From contig NC_047021.1 of assembly GCF_902652985.1 (NCBI RefSeq), positions 27,466,001-27,530,000 of the forward strand: a DNA stretch of 64,000 bases, given 5' to 3'. The position numbers and the translations under genes were made by a program. This document shows positions 34,805-47,505 of this stretch, piece after piece. This DNA is from Pecten maximus. Taxonomy: Eukaryota. Position 1 is the first letter of the stretch. Each line of letters starts with the position of its first letter. The notes under the pieces were generated by a model. That model made no database searches. It had not been told where the DNA came from and saw only the letters and a program-made list of their open reading frames with translations.

Positions 34805-35818
34805 GAGAAAAAACTTGATTGTGTTGACGATTTCTCCTATCTTGGCGTAAACTTTAGATACAATAATAAATTCACGAATGTACAAAAAAAATTGTCTGAC
34901 CAAGGACGTAAAGCTATGTTTGCTTTGTTTTCTAAATGTGTAAACATGAATCTAAATTGTAAAACCATGCTGAGTATGTTTGACACCTACGTAAGTAGCA
35001 TTTTATTCTATTCATGTGAAGTTTGGGGGTCGACCAAAGGGTTAGATATTGAACAGGTCCATTTACATTTTTGTAAGAGATTACTTAAAGTTAAAAAATC
35101 TACAAATAATGCAATGGTATACTGGGAACTTTGCCGTTTCCCTTTAGAATACACAAGGAGATATAGGATAATAAAATACTGGTTCAAACTACTTGACACG
35201 AAAAATTGTATTTTAAATACTGCGTACAACTTTTTGTTAACTAAGAACACTGGGTCATGTTTTAATTGGGTACAATGTGTAAAGGATCTGCTTTGCTCCT
35301 TAGGTTTTGGTGATGTATGGCTCTGCCAATCATCACATAATTCTAAAGCTACTTTATCTTGTATACGTCAAAGAATTTTTGATCAAGCTAGGCAATATTT
35401 AAGAGATCTCTTAGAAAAGTCTTCTAAATGCTTTTTATATCAGTATATTGTGGACAATTTTTCCATTCAATTTTACTTAACAAAATATATACCTATGAAT
35501 TACAGAATATGTTTATCGAAAATTCGTATGTCTGCGCATTCTTTAGCAATCGAAACCGGCCGCTACAAGAATATTGATCGACATAAGAGATATTGTATAA
35601 TTTGTAAGTCAACGACTGAAGTAGAGGATGAATACCATTTTATATTGAAATGTAACATGTACAATAACTTAAGACGTCGTCTCATTAAAAAATATTACTG
35701 GCAGAAACCTTCAATGTTTAAATTGATACAGCTATTGAATGTAAATAATATCAAACAGCTAACTTGTTTAGGCAAATTTATTTTCGAAGCTAATAAGATT
35801 CGAGCCGCATGTCTTTAA
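34805..35818 (+). mobile_element. 5'-truncated LINE (L2/Crack-like) encoding the RT thumb and C-terminal Cys/His region
   Basis: FSYLGV motif just upstream of the called ORF, then YSCEVWG, KRLLKVKKST, AHSLAIETGRY and CIIC..EVEDEYHFILKC. The endonuclease and catalytic DD motif are absent. Confidence 0.85.
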
Positions 35819-36349
35819 CTTTTTCACTTTCCCCTACATTCGCTCCATATATTTTAACTTGATACACATAAGTATTTCACCATACAATCATATCTGCCTG
35901 ATCTCAACGGGGGATGTGCGAGTTTCTGGTAGGGGTATCCCCAACCACTCTCGCATCTCCCTCGCCGTTGAGATCATTGATTTGGATCAAATACATAGCT
36001 TTTAATATACTGTTATTATATCAATATTATATGTAACCAATAGTACATGATTTGACTAAGTATAGACTTTTATATTTAATATAACTTATGTCAGTGAATT
36101 GTATCATGCAAATCTTATTTTCGAAGCCAATACGATCCTGGCTATATGTACAAACTCTGAACTCGTTCTCCACTTTGTAATTTCTATTGCTGTTCATGTA
36201 TATTACGACTTTGTATATTATAACATGTGCTAATGGGCAATATCGCCCACAGTTAATAAAGAAATTGAAATTGAAGTGATAGCTAAAAAATGTCATGAAA
36301 TTGGGTAGTTATGAGAATTTCCTATGGGCAAAAGACCAGAACTCCAGCA

Positions 36350-36975
36350 AACAAGAGGCCCATGTGCCTTAACGTCACCCGAATGCTACATTATATAATA
36401 TTATGGCTCATGGCATCTTGGTTACTGAGAAGAAGTCATTAAATTGTTAAGACATTTGTACCCTGTGACTTTGAAAGCAGATCAAGGTCATTCACCTGAG
36501 CAAACTTTTTAGCCCTTCATCCCAGGATGCTACAAGCCGCACAGTTATTATGTTATCATTCATAAAGGATTGGAATCTATTTACATTTGGTAGACACAAT
36601 GTGGTATTATAATGAATTAACGTTATATTTTACATTATATGTTATTAACACTATAATATCAAGATAATTTGACGACAGGTTAATAGTTTTGCGTTGTGTC
36701 CGACCGGCCGTCCATGCGATATCATGCCCAGGCTCTATCTAAACTACCTGGCACTGGAACTTAATACCTGGGGTATGGGTTCACCTTGGTAAAGCGTTGT
36801 ATCATCCATCAAAAGTAGATCACTCTGACCTAATTTTTACCTTTGACCTACACCAAAGAAAACGATTTTCCAGACTCTCTCCCCTACACTACTAGTCACT
36901 GGAACTTCATACCCTTGAGGTAGGTATGGGGTCACCATGTTTGGGCGGTTTGTCATGCATCGAAAGTAGGTAACA
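36350..36975. mobile_element. Degenerate Helentron/satellite fragments at the left edge of the duplication
   Basis: acaagaggcccatgtgccttaacgtcacccga start, one diverged ~145-bp-type unit, then a second ~150-bp-period fragment. Confidence 0.55.
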
Positions 36976-37054
36976 TGTAAGATCAAGCTGTAGATTAATT
37001 AACTTTATGTAAATAATTTGCCTCCCGCCACCCTGATGGCAAGACGACATTACC

Positions 37055-37475
37055 ACCCAACATTACCCGGCTGCTCAGTCGGGCCAATCAGCGAGCTGCC
37101 TGACCTCCGCACCCAAGAGGATAGACCACATTGCCCGGCTGGTCAGTCGGGCCGGTTAGCGAGCTGCGTGACCTCCGTCACCCAAGAGGATAGACCACAT
37201 TGCCCGGCTGGTCAGTCGGGCCGGCGAGCTGCCTGACCTCCGTCACCCAAGAGGATAGACCACATTGCCCGGCTGGTCAGTCGGGCCGGTTAGCGAGCTG
37301 CCTGACTTCCTTCACCCAAGAGGATAGACCACATTGCCCGGCTGGTCAGTCGGGCCGGTTAGCGAGCTGCCCGACCTCCGCAACCAAAGTGGGGAGACCA
37401 CATTACACGGCAAGTCAATCGGGCCGGTCAGCGATCGAGCTGCCCGACCTCCCGCCACCAAGGTGGGGAGACCTA
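37055..37475. repeat. GC-rich 65-68-bp tandem repeat (~6 copies)
   Basis: Unit ccacattgcccggctggtcagtcgggccggttagcgagctgcctgacctccgtcacccaagaggataga. Confidence 0.93.
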
Positions 37476-38064
37476 TGGAAAAGTACAAGAACAAATCCAG
37501 GTTTTCGGGAGACTGAGCGGCGTCTTCATCGAAGACACCCGTCATACGAACTAGACCAAATCCTCAAATGAAAGCTATGGCAGTGACAATGAAACCTCTA
37601 GATATTTTAAGCAGCATCGAAAATGTATGGATTCATATCGCAAAAGGAAATATAACTTTCCCGGGGACTTCATCAACCTGCATCTCTCGAGACCTAATTT
37701 TCTCCGTCATTAGTCGAGATTGTCACGGAAGTCGTGATGATGGGAACACGTCCTAAATGTCGGATCAACCGAGACATGCAAACACCTAAGTAATGAGCAG
37801 CTAGGGATGTTGCTATCTAGAAATGGAAAATAATTGTATTCTGTCCCTGCTGAATAGGCCAATACCGAGGTAAGTGACTATCTCTACTCCAACAATGTTA
37901 GAGGTTTTACACGGCAGTCGGCAAAATAATATCCGATAGAAAAAGAGCCGACCAGCGGCCTCTTATGTTATAGGAGTATGACTATATCATGCAGGCACAT
38001 ACAAACAACAACACATCAGTTGTGTAAACCTTTAACATTTATTAATTTCTAGTAATTGCATCAC

Positions 38065-39386
38065 CTAATTTGGCTTTTTCCGACACCTGTTGATACAAAT
38101 TTGTCGACACCTCTGACCTATGGCAGTATGGTAATACATATAGGCAAACGCGAGGACAGATGCTATGGATATAGGAGCCATTGAACTATAAGCGGAAGCG
38201 GTCACTACGACAAGGCCAAACAAGAACAGTACCAATGCTGAAACAAGAAAGCCAATGACAACTCCTCTTATAAAACACAATCGCGATAAATTCGGGTGGC
38301 GCCACCTGACGACGATACTGGAACAAAGCGGCGTGTATTCGACGTCATCTTCAGACTGCACTACGTCGCCGCCATTGCCCTCACTTTGAACGTCGTACAC
38401 CTGCGCGCTTCCCTCGATAAATGCAGTATTTTGATGGGTTGGTGTTGGCGTTCCAGAGACCCCATAGTTTCCTTTTCGATAGTACCAAGCTATCTGGATA
38501 CCGTTGACGTAGGCAACAGAGCTAGAGAAATATGCCATCACCACATACTGCAAAGGAATTACTAAACCGTACGTCGCCAGGAAGTCCGTCATCTTTCCAA
38601 TCGTTGCTATCACTGCAGAGCGTGTCGATTGACCGGAAGTGGAGCGTAATTTCAGATTAAGGACAATCTGAAAAATCAATCAGAAAAAAATAGATATCAA
38701 CCAAAACTTGTCAACCGAATAATTGTTTTTATTTTTTTATTTTATTTTATTGATCATTACCAAGCTCGTTAAACATATATATATATTTATCCGCTATCAT
38801 CATCAACCTAGATAGCAATTATCCGCTATCTGGGGCAGTAAGAAGATATGAAAGATTTCGTTCATGTTAGATAACTAGTTGAAAAAAAATACATGCAATG
38901 TACCTGTGGTAAAGTCTCCACACACCAGAGTGTAATGGCTACCCATTGCATCTCGGCAAACATTCGTGTTGTCAGTTGTATTGTAATGATGGTACCCCAA
39001 ATGACCGCACAACCAGCAGCATAGCAGTATTTAGCTTTCTTTGAGAACTCCGAGTTGTACAACCAAAACTGAACGAGTATGGTGAACTCCAGTATTGGCA
39101 TGTACACGGCGTTAATTGACGAATATACGGGTAGGCTGGCGTAAAGAAACACAAAGAAAATATTAACTAATGAAGCTGTAAAGTTAGCAGTCGCCCACAG
39201 TATACTGAGTCCCACGACGGACTTCCGGCGGAAGTTCTTGTATACCTGTGGTAACAAGACTAGGAACCACAGCGTGGTGCTGGTCAAACCACATATGTTG
39301 GCCGCCACGCATGTCCACAGGGCCCACTCCGGCCGACAGTTTCGTTCCAGAGCATTATGAGAGTCGTGTGATCCGTTAGACATCAT
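38065..39386 (-). CDS. PQ-loop repeat membrane protein (SLC66/PQLC-like transporter), copy 1; 2 exons, ~361 aa
   Basis: Exons 39386-38904 (CAG|gtacat) and 38667-38065 (tttttcag|ATT), phase 0. Two PQ motifs, LLPQVYKNFRRKSVVGLS and TLPQ|IVLNLKLRSTSGQS, with multiple hydrophobic helices. AATAAA at 38043-38038. Confidence 0.88.
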
Positions 39387-39639
39387 CCGTCATGTCACTT
39401 CATGAGTAGGAGCCTTATATTGATCGGTTCGATAGTAATGGGCGTTCTTAGGCTGCTCGTAAGTTCCGAGAAATGTCACAGCGATTCTACTTTCGGTTTG
39501 TACTTCCCGTTTTACCTATGACGCTGTCCGTGTGCACATTACCGACCTAACAGAGCGTAGGTTATTTATGTACCGATATCCTCGTACACATGTGTCACAT
39601 GTGTTTGATACTGGTTACGCAATAGATACTATTGCCTTA

Positions 39640-39863
39640 GGGGCCGCGGTGGCCGAGTGGTTAAGGTGTCCCGACACTTTAACACTAGCTTCACCTCTGG
39701 GTTGCGAGTTCGAAACCTACGTGGGGCAGTTGCGAGGTACTGACCGTAGGCCGGTGGTTTTTCTCTGGGTTCTCCGGCTTTCCTCCACCTCCAAAACCTG
39801 GCACGTCCTTAAATGACCCTGGCTGTTAATAGGATGTTAAACAAAAACAAACAAACAAACAAA
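39640..39863 (+). mobile_element. tRNA-derived SINE with V-domain-like core, copy 1
   Basis: A box TGGCCGAGTGG, B box GTTCGAAAC, core ggtttttctctgggttctccggctttcctccac and (AAAC)n tail. TSD agatactatt at 39624-39633 and 39864-39873. Confidence 0.9.
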
Positions 39864-40464
39864 AGATACTATTCATTTCAAACATGACAGGATCGCCACC
39901 GAAGCTTTCAATTTAAACCAAGCCAATGGTAGAGAATGAAATGCGCTGTGCATGCTAGTCGAAGACTCTTGTTACCTGTTACTTATATGAAAAGTAATAT
40001 TGAAAAGTGGTATTCGCTGTTGTTTTTGTTATTGACACAATCAAAAACGAAAACAAAACAAAAAATAACGAAATGATTAAAAAATAATTTTAATTTAAGA
40101 ATAATAAAAAAAGTGGTGTGCACAAAGAGATTTACACAAACATCGAAAAGGTAGATAAAGACCCTATGTTCCTGTATCTATGAGAACCTAGGGAATCAAA
40201 GGAAACGGATATCATGGTTGATAACAACGCCACCTCGAGCACATGGTCATAGTCTCTAAACGTTCATTTGTATCGACCAAAGAAGTATCGCAAGGAACAG
40301 TTTTCAATGGAATACGGAAAACAATAATTGTATATACAACAGTTTCCAGAGGAATCTTACGCTCGCCATTGAACTATCTTGATTGGTTCTAAAAGACCGA
40401 TCTTTTCTCTACTTTCCCCTTCTTTCCTCCTTTCTTCTTAATTTTTAACACATTACATACATTG

Positions 40465-41315
40465 TAGACAGAGTGGGAGGATATGATATATATTGGCACT
40501 ATCAGCCTCCACATTACATAGACAGAGTGGGAGGATATGATATATATGGGCACTATCAGCCTCCACATTATATAGACAGAGTGGGAGGATATGATATATA
40601 TTGGCACTATCAGCCTCCACATTACATAGACAGAGTGGGAGGATATGATATATATGGGCACTATCAGCCTCCACATTACATAGACAGAGTGGGAGGATAT
40701 GATATATATTGACACTATCAGCCTCCACATTACATAGACAGAGTGGGGGGATATGATATATATGGGCACTATCAGCCTCCACATTACATAGACAGAGTGG
40801 GAGGGTATGATATATATGGGCACTATATATATCAGCCTCCACATTACATAGACCGAGCGGGAGGATATGATATATATTGACACTATCAGCCTCCACATTA
40901 CATAGACCGAGCGGGAGGATATGATATATATTGACACTATCAGCCTCCACATTACATAGACCGAGCGGGAGGATATGATATATATTGACACTATCAGCCT
41001 CCACATTACATAGACAGAGTGGGAGGATATGATATACAATGTATCATATATTGGCACTATCAGCCTCCACATTACATAGACAGAGTGGGAGGATATGATA
41101 TATCATATATAGGCACTATCAGCCTCCACATTACATAGACAGAGTGGGAGGATATGATATATATGGGCACTATCAGCCTCCACATTACATAGACAGAGCG
41201 GGAGGATATGTTATATATGGGCACTATCAGCCTCCACATTACATAGACAGAGTGGGAGGATATGATATATATGGGCACTATCAGCCTCCACATTACATAG
41301 ACAGAGGATATGATA
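40465..41315. repeat. 54-bp tandem minisatellite (~15 copies), present only in duplicate copy 1
   Basis: Unit gacagagtgggaggatatgatatatatgggcactatcagcctccacattacata. Confidence 0.96.
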
Positions 41316-43103
41316 TACCATATATATACTATAAGCTCAATCATGCACAGGGACGACAGGTAACGATGCACTAATATTTGAATATTAACAATGATCCGTA
41401 ACCCTCTTCAACCCACTTTTATTAATCAGTTTACCCTAGTTTTAGGAAATACTATACAGTGTATATAAGATACGAAATTTACATATAACGAAAGGGCTTA
41501 CATTGATCTTTAAAATCTAGGATTTACTCTATTATACAATAATAGCATGAGTAATGATTTCATTGATGATTCGCGTGATAACTGTACACAATGATAAATA
41601 GTTATATATATATAGCAGAAAATTCACACCTGTATACCTACTAAGCAGCTGTTACATTACCTCAATGTCTTTGTCTAGAATGAGTATCTAAATAAACAAT
41701 TACATTACCGTATTTCTCCCAATACCTGTTAATCATACTCCATTAAAGACCGACTTTATCTGTTATTTTTTCTTTTTACCTCTGATCGCGTGATTCGGAT
41801 TTCTAATTTAACTAACAACCGATAAAAACATCCGTCGATTATTAACAGTTTTTCTGCTCTAACTCAAGATCATTAAAATTCCTGGTGTAGTAGTGACATT
41901 TGAAAACACACATTTATGGCGTTTAATAAGCATTCGATAGACCTCTTTTACCAATAAATGCCATTGCAAAATTAACACACGTTATTATTTCAATTTTAAA
42001 CTATATTCAAAACAAATGGCTATTTCATGTGATCAACACTATCCTGTACTTGTTAGGAAAACATTAAACCTGTTTCATAACTTAACGGTTTTTATATTCT
42101 GCTCGACAAGAGGTCTTTGCTGAGATGGGATTTGAATGTGTTTGAATCATATCATATGACAATGACACGCTCAAAGAATTTTTTTTTCTATTTTCAATCA
42201 CTCGTGAATTGCATTTTATCTGATTATATTTTCCATTGCTCTTATTTTGAGAATGTGACTAAACCCAGATTTAACAAATTTATATAGCGCATGTCGCCGA
42301 AGAAACAGAAGACGCTTGTCCTTGGAAACACCTGGTCCCATTCTCTTGAATATAGTCAGGGGTCGGTAATCGCCATTGTTTTTGAATTAGAAGAACGAAG
42401 TGGTTATTATGCCGGTATTCTCCGTTGTTTTTTTAGTTAAAATTACGACTTCGTTATGCCGGTATTCTCCGTTGTTTTTGTACACCATGTTGTGAACACA
42501 CTTTGCTGTAAATCAGATTCAGTTTCGTCTGTCACATAAGGATGGTTATCTTTAAATGTTCATGGGTATTATTGAGGTACTTTTCATATCTTAAAATGAT
42601 TGAAATCAAATATATATCTTTCAACATCGTAAATACACATCAATCGTTGGGCCAAATATACACCATCACAAAGGCAAAACCGAATATCGACGATTGACTG
42701 GTAACGCAAGTAAGGTAGAACCAAACATAATAAAACAGTTCTTAGGCTTAGATTCCTATTTAAACTCCATTAAAGTCAGCCATTATTCTATTGCAGCCTA
42801 TTGTTCCAGTTTACAGCTTATCTTCCTTACAGAAACTGTCTTTATGCTTTTTATCTATTTTAGATGGAATTACGGTTCACTGGTTCACAGGTAGAGACAG
42901 GTCACTTTGCGTGTCTATCAGCTTCCGTCTTTTCCTTGAAACATATCGCTTTCGATTTGCGTTTTCTGAAACCGTTGCGCGTTTTCATGATAATATTGCA
43001 CGCGATCTTTTCAGGTGACTTTATAAGAGATTTACGTAACACTTCAAAACAAGGGTTACCTTCCATACAGGGGAGTTAGCCGTGGATTAACGCAAGGCAT
43101 ACA

Positions 43104-44628
43104 ATGATCAGTTCAGAGAAGTACAATCTCGGTACACTGTTGATCGGAATTCTGTATATTACACTCGTCACAAGACTAGATGCCGGTAATTGTATAAAAA
43201 AAACAGTAATTTTAAGAACATGCATTATAATGATGTCATTATTTCAGAGCAATTGCTGGTTTAATTTCCATTTAATCAATCGGATTAATGGTTTTGGCTA
43301 CGAGAGACAGAATAGCTGCTGACATAAAGTATGTCTACTTTTCAGCCTGTCCAGCTGGAAAGCACCGTTACACGAACTGTACCAATCCGTGTTTGGCTGG
43401 AGAGGACACAGTTTTCTGCGAGTCCGACCACACGGCCACATGTCGCCCAGACTACTGCGGAGGATGTATTGCAAGATTTTACAACAATGTTGGCCAAGAA
43501 GTGTATTGTGAAAAAGGTAAATATCAAAGAACCATTCAAGTTGTATCTTCTGTTGCTTTATGAGTACTTTCCATTATCATATCAATATGGATTATACTTC
43601 TAATACAAAATCATTTTACAGAAGTTATTAAGAAGGTTTGCACATGTATTTTGTATGGTGATTTAATCCAACAACAAAATTGAGCTGAATCACTGTCTGT
43701 TATAACAGAGTTTATCTATGAAAATGAAAAGTCATCACTACCGGTATTACCTGTCGATTGAACGGTCCCGTCATTGTTGTCGTTATAACCCTTTTTTATT
43801 CACGTGAGCTGATTAATCACATTACTTTGTTCAGGAAATGTTTTTATCAGTATTTTGTCGGTGCTGTGTTTTACCTATGACCAGCTACTATGTACACTGT
43901 ACATATGAGTCCCACTTTCTGTTACTGATACATTCGCTATACAACATATCTTTATATATGTACCACAGAGTACGGCTTTGTTTGTGAACTAAAGAGCCAC
44001 ACGGTTGGCTGCCTGGACCAGCCTGGGAAAGTTCTCCATGTTTCCTTCGCTAACTACGGACGGACATCTACCACCGTGTGTGTCCTTCCATATGGTCTGG
44101 AGCGACTCCACAACACCACCACATGCGGCTCCCCTAGCACCCTTGGTGTGATCAGACAGATGTGTGAGGGTCGGTTTCAGTGTTTACTCACGGCCGACAA
44201 TGAACTTTTCGGAGATGATCCTTGCTTCGGTATATACAAGTATCTGGAAGTTGAGGTCGAGTGTGTTTCTCCAGGTAGGTGTGACATTTCTGATATAAAA
44301 ACTTTGTTGATGAGTGGCGTTGATTCAGCCAGTTAGGAAATCCCGTGATAATAATAAATCATGTGAATCCTTTATAACACAAGGCTTTTTGAAAGGCTGG
44401 GCATATCTTATTTTGCATATATGATGATTTTTTACCACTTCTTTTCCCAACTAAACGCCCCGTTGCATGCTTGACTGCTCAAAGGGGTTTTCATACGTAC
44501 AGTTACGTCATACGGTATATACTTACCATTGGTTTGTTACAGATCCGACATCCACGGCAGCACAGCCGTTTGCATCAATTGGAACTTTGATGACCGTTTT
44601 CATTCTGTTTCTGAAATGGATTAACTAG
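43104..44628 (+). CDS. Secreted, probably GPI-anchored protein with an 8-Cys module and a SUEL (rhamnose/galactose-binding) lectin domain, copy 1; 4 exons, ~214 aa
   Basis: Exons 43104-43185 (signal peptide), 43346-43516 (C..C..PC..C..C.PDYCGGC.A.FY...G..V.C), 43969-44274 (VCE..ANYGR..C..CEGRFQC..NELFGDDPCFGIYKYLEV) and 44543-44628 (hydrophobic tail). All introns are GT-AG and phase 1. AATAAA at 44632 and 44939. Confidence 0.88.
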
Positions 44629-45838
44629 ACAAATAAAGCATACCAGAGAGATTGGTGAGGGACCAATTCCAGCGTGGATGTCCTACAGATCTATATTTGT
44701 TTTATTAGTAGAGACGGATTTTACTAGTGAGTTGTTTTACTCGTTTCGCCATATATGTGTTTTTAAAAATATTTGTGAAGCTGTTTCGGAATGTGATGAT
44801 GTATAGCTTTAGCACCATTATATAGTTAATTTGTAACTGACATGACTTACCAAGTTGATTTAGGAAAAACTAACGCATTTATTTTTTCTTCAATATTTTA
44901 TTTTGATAGACATCATTTTCTTGTTTTGTGATGTTTGAAATAAAGCATTTTATATATATATATATCATAAAAAACAATCAGTTATGTTATTTCATTTCTC
45001 TAAATTATATGCAAATCAGGATAATTACATACTTCTGTTAAAGAACAACAACAACACAAAACCCAAACGTTTGGCACTATATTCCAACCCTTTCAAGAGA
45101 AACATCAATCTACCATAAGAATCAATCTACGTCATTGATTGGCAGTAATTACGTAGATGAATACACAATCAGTTATTTTAATGATACATATTTCAACGGT
45201 AATTTTCCTTTAGTGTTTTTCGTGTTTAAAGCCTTTTGCTAAATCATGATTGTAAGAATTGAAGTTTTCTTATGATAATTACGTTATGTTAAACAATAAT
45301 TAATTTCTATATCAACTTTTGTTAGTTGCGTTAATTAATCACTGCGATTATATGTATTATTTCGGTTTTACCTGTCAGTACGTACACAGAATGTGTCTCG
45401 AGATAGACATTTGATCTACAGACATAACACGTGTTGTGACAATACGATAGGCCAATGACGACATTTAGTTCAATATTCCCATTAGATTCTTTACCACGAT
45501 ATGATTGTTATCAAAACTAATCCTTGTCCTTACATAATTGTGTGTCGACAGTTCACCAATGCTCCCAAAAGAAAATGACGACTAAATTGTAAAGAACATC
45601 AATAGCTTTCTGTATCAATCATTCCTAAAGTGGATGTTTAGATATGCAAATGACAATCACACAAGAACCATTGTGTGACATATAGAATACAATGATACAG
45701 GCTAGTATAAATTACCAAATGTACATTCGATAAAAGGGTTGTGTGTATAATTATCGCAAAAGTCTCGATCACATAGCTAACGTGTGACTAATTCAAAATA
45801 AGGATGTAGTAGTAACTTCGAGAGGCTCCTAAAATGTC

Positions 45839-46460
45839 TAACAAGAGGCCCATGAACCTTAACGGTCACCTGAGTTTTGAAATATTTAAGTAAAGTTAAG
45901 TGACCCTTTTTGGCCCAGTCGATCAGCAAAGGGAGTTAGTCAGGACATGTGCATACTATCGAGCTCTTATCACACGCTGATAATGCTAACAAAGTTAGAA
46001 TGAATTCCAATAGAAATCAAACAAATTAAAGTCAAAATTGGGATTTCCTTATATAAACTATAGTAAAGTTTACCCCCTCCCTAGGCAAAACGTGAGACCC
46101 CGGCCAGGTTCATAAAATTCACAATTTTGGTAAAGCTACATAAGACCCTTCCATATATGAAATGTATTTGATTCTTGTTTGGGTTTTTAGAAGAAATGTT
46201 TTGTTTCAGTTAATTTTCTGAAATACATACTGATAGTTAATGCTTTTGTTTAATTTTTATCACATTTGACCAATGTGACCTTGAAGACAGGTCAAGGTCA
46301 TGAAATTGAACAAACGTTTTCACTCAGTTATCAAAGTACCACCGTTTCAGTATCATGACACTGAGCTTATTAATTGGTTATTGAGAAGAAGTTGGTTAAA
46401 CATTGAAGACATTTGACCCATGTGACATGAAAATAGGCCAAGGTCTTTGATTTTAACCAG
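45839..46460 (+). mobile_element. Helentron-type element spanning the junction between the two duplicated copies
   Basis: Starts aacaagaggcccatgaaccttaacggtcacctgag and later contains tgacc(a)tgtgaccttga satellite-like units. Confidence 0.7.
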
Positions 46461-47149
46461 CATGCTACATTATATAATATTATGGCTCATGGCATCTTGG
46501 TTACTGAGAAGAAGTCATTAAATTGTTAAGACATTTGTACCCTGTGACTTTGAAAGCAGATCAAGATCATTCACTTGAGCAAACTTTTTAGCCCTTCATC
46601 CCAGGATGCTACAAGCCGCACAGTTATTATGTTATCATTCATAAAGGATTGGAATCTATTTACATTTGGTAGACACAATGTGGTATTATAATGAATTAAC
46701 GTTATATTTTACATTATATGTTATTAACACTATAATATTAAGATAATTTGACGACAGGTTAATAGTTTTGCGTTGTGTCCGACCGGCCGTCCATGCGATA
46801 TCATGCCCAGGCTCTATCTAAACTACCTGGCACTGGAACTTAATACCTGGGGTATGGGTTCACCTTGGTAAAGCGTTGTATCATCCATCAAAAGTAGATC
46901 ACTCTGACCTAATTTTTACCTTTGACCTACACCAAAGAAAACGATTTTCCAGGCTCTCTCCCCTACACTACTAGTCACTGGAACTTCATACCCTTGAGGT
47001 AGGTATGGGGTCACCATGTTTGGGCGGTTTGTCATGCATCGAAAGTAGGTAACATGTAAGATCAAGCTGTAGATTAATTAACTTTATTTGATCAAGCTGT
47101 TTTATGTAAATAATTTGCCTCCCGCTACCCTGATGGGAAGACGACATTA

Positions 47150-47505
47150 CCACCCCACATTACCCGGCTGCTCAGTCGGGCCAGTCAGCGATCGCGAGCT
47201 GCCTGACCTCCGTCACCCAAGAGGATAGACCACATTGTCCGGCTGGTCAGTCGGGCCGGTTAGCGAGCTGCCTGACCTCCGTCACCCAAGAGGATAGACC
47301 ACATTGCCCATCTGGTCAGTCGGGCCGGTTAGCGAGCTGCGTGACCTCCGTCACCCAAGAGGATAGACCACATTGCCCGGCTGGTCAGTCGGGCCGGCGA
47401 GTTGCGTGACCTCCGTCACCCAAGAGGATAGACCACATTGTCCGGCTGGTCAGTCGGGCCGGATAGCGAGCTTCCCGACCTCCCGCCACCAAGGTGGGGA
47501 GACCT
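47150..47505. repeat. GC-rich 65-68-bp tandem repeat (~5 copies), copy 2
   Basis: Same unit as 37055-37475. Confidence 0.93.

Larger units (their letters stand above)
36382..46200. repeat. Tandem segmental duplication, copy 1
   Basis: Colinear and nearly identical to 46462-54890. The offset is 10080 at the left end and ~8700 at the right end because of indels. Confidence 0.95.

Noticed and set aside
37018-37756. ORFs over the GC-rich array and its flank
   Set aside because: The 65-68-bp unit shifts frame, the ORF structure differs in copy 2, and no domain is recognisable.
39640-39725. tRNA gene
   Set aside because: The A/B boxes continue into a SINE core, (AAAC)n tail and TSD, and no clean cloverleaf forms. 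The same applies at 49710.
40389-41374. Repetitive 227, 183 and 99-aa ORFs
   Set aside because: They are translations of the 54-bp minisatellite on both strands and are absent from the duplicate copy.
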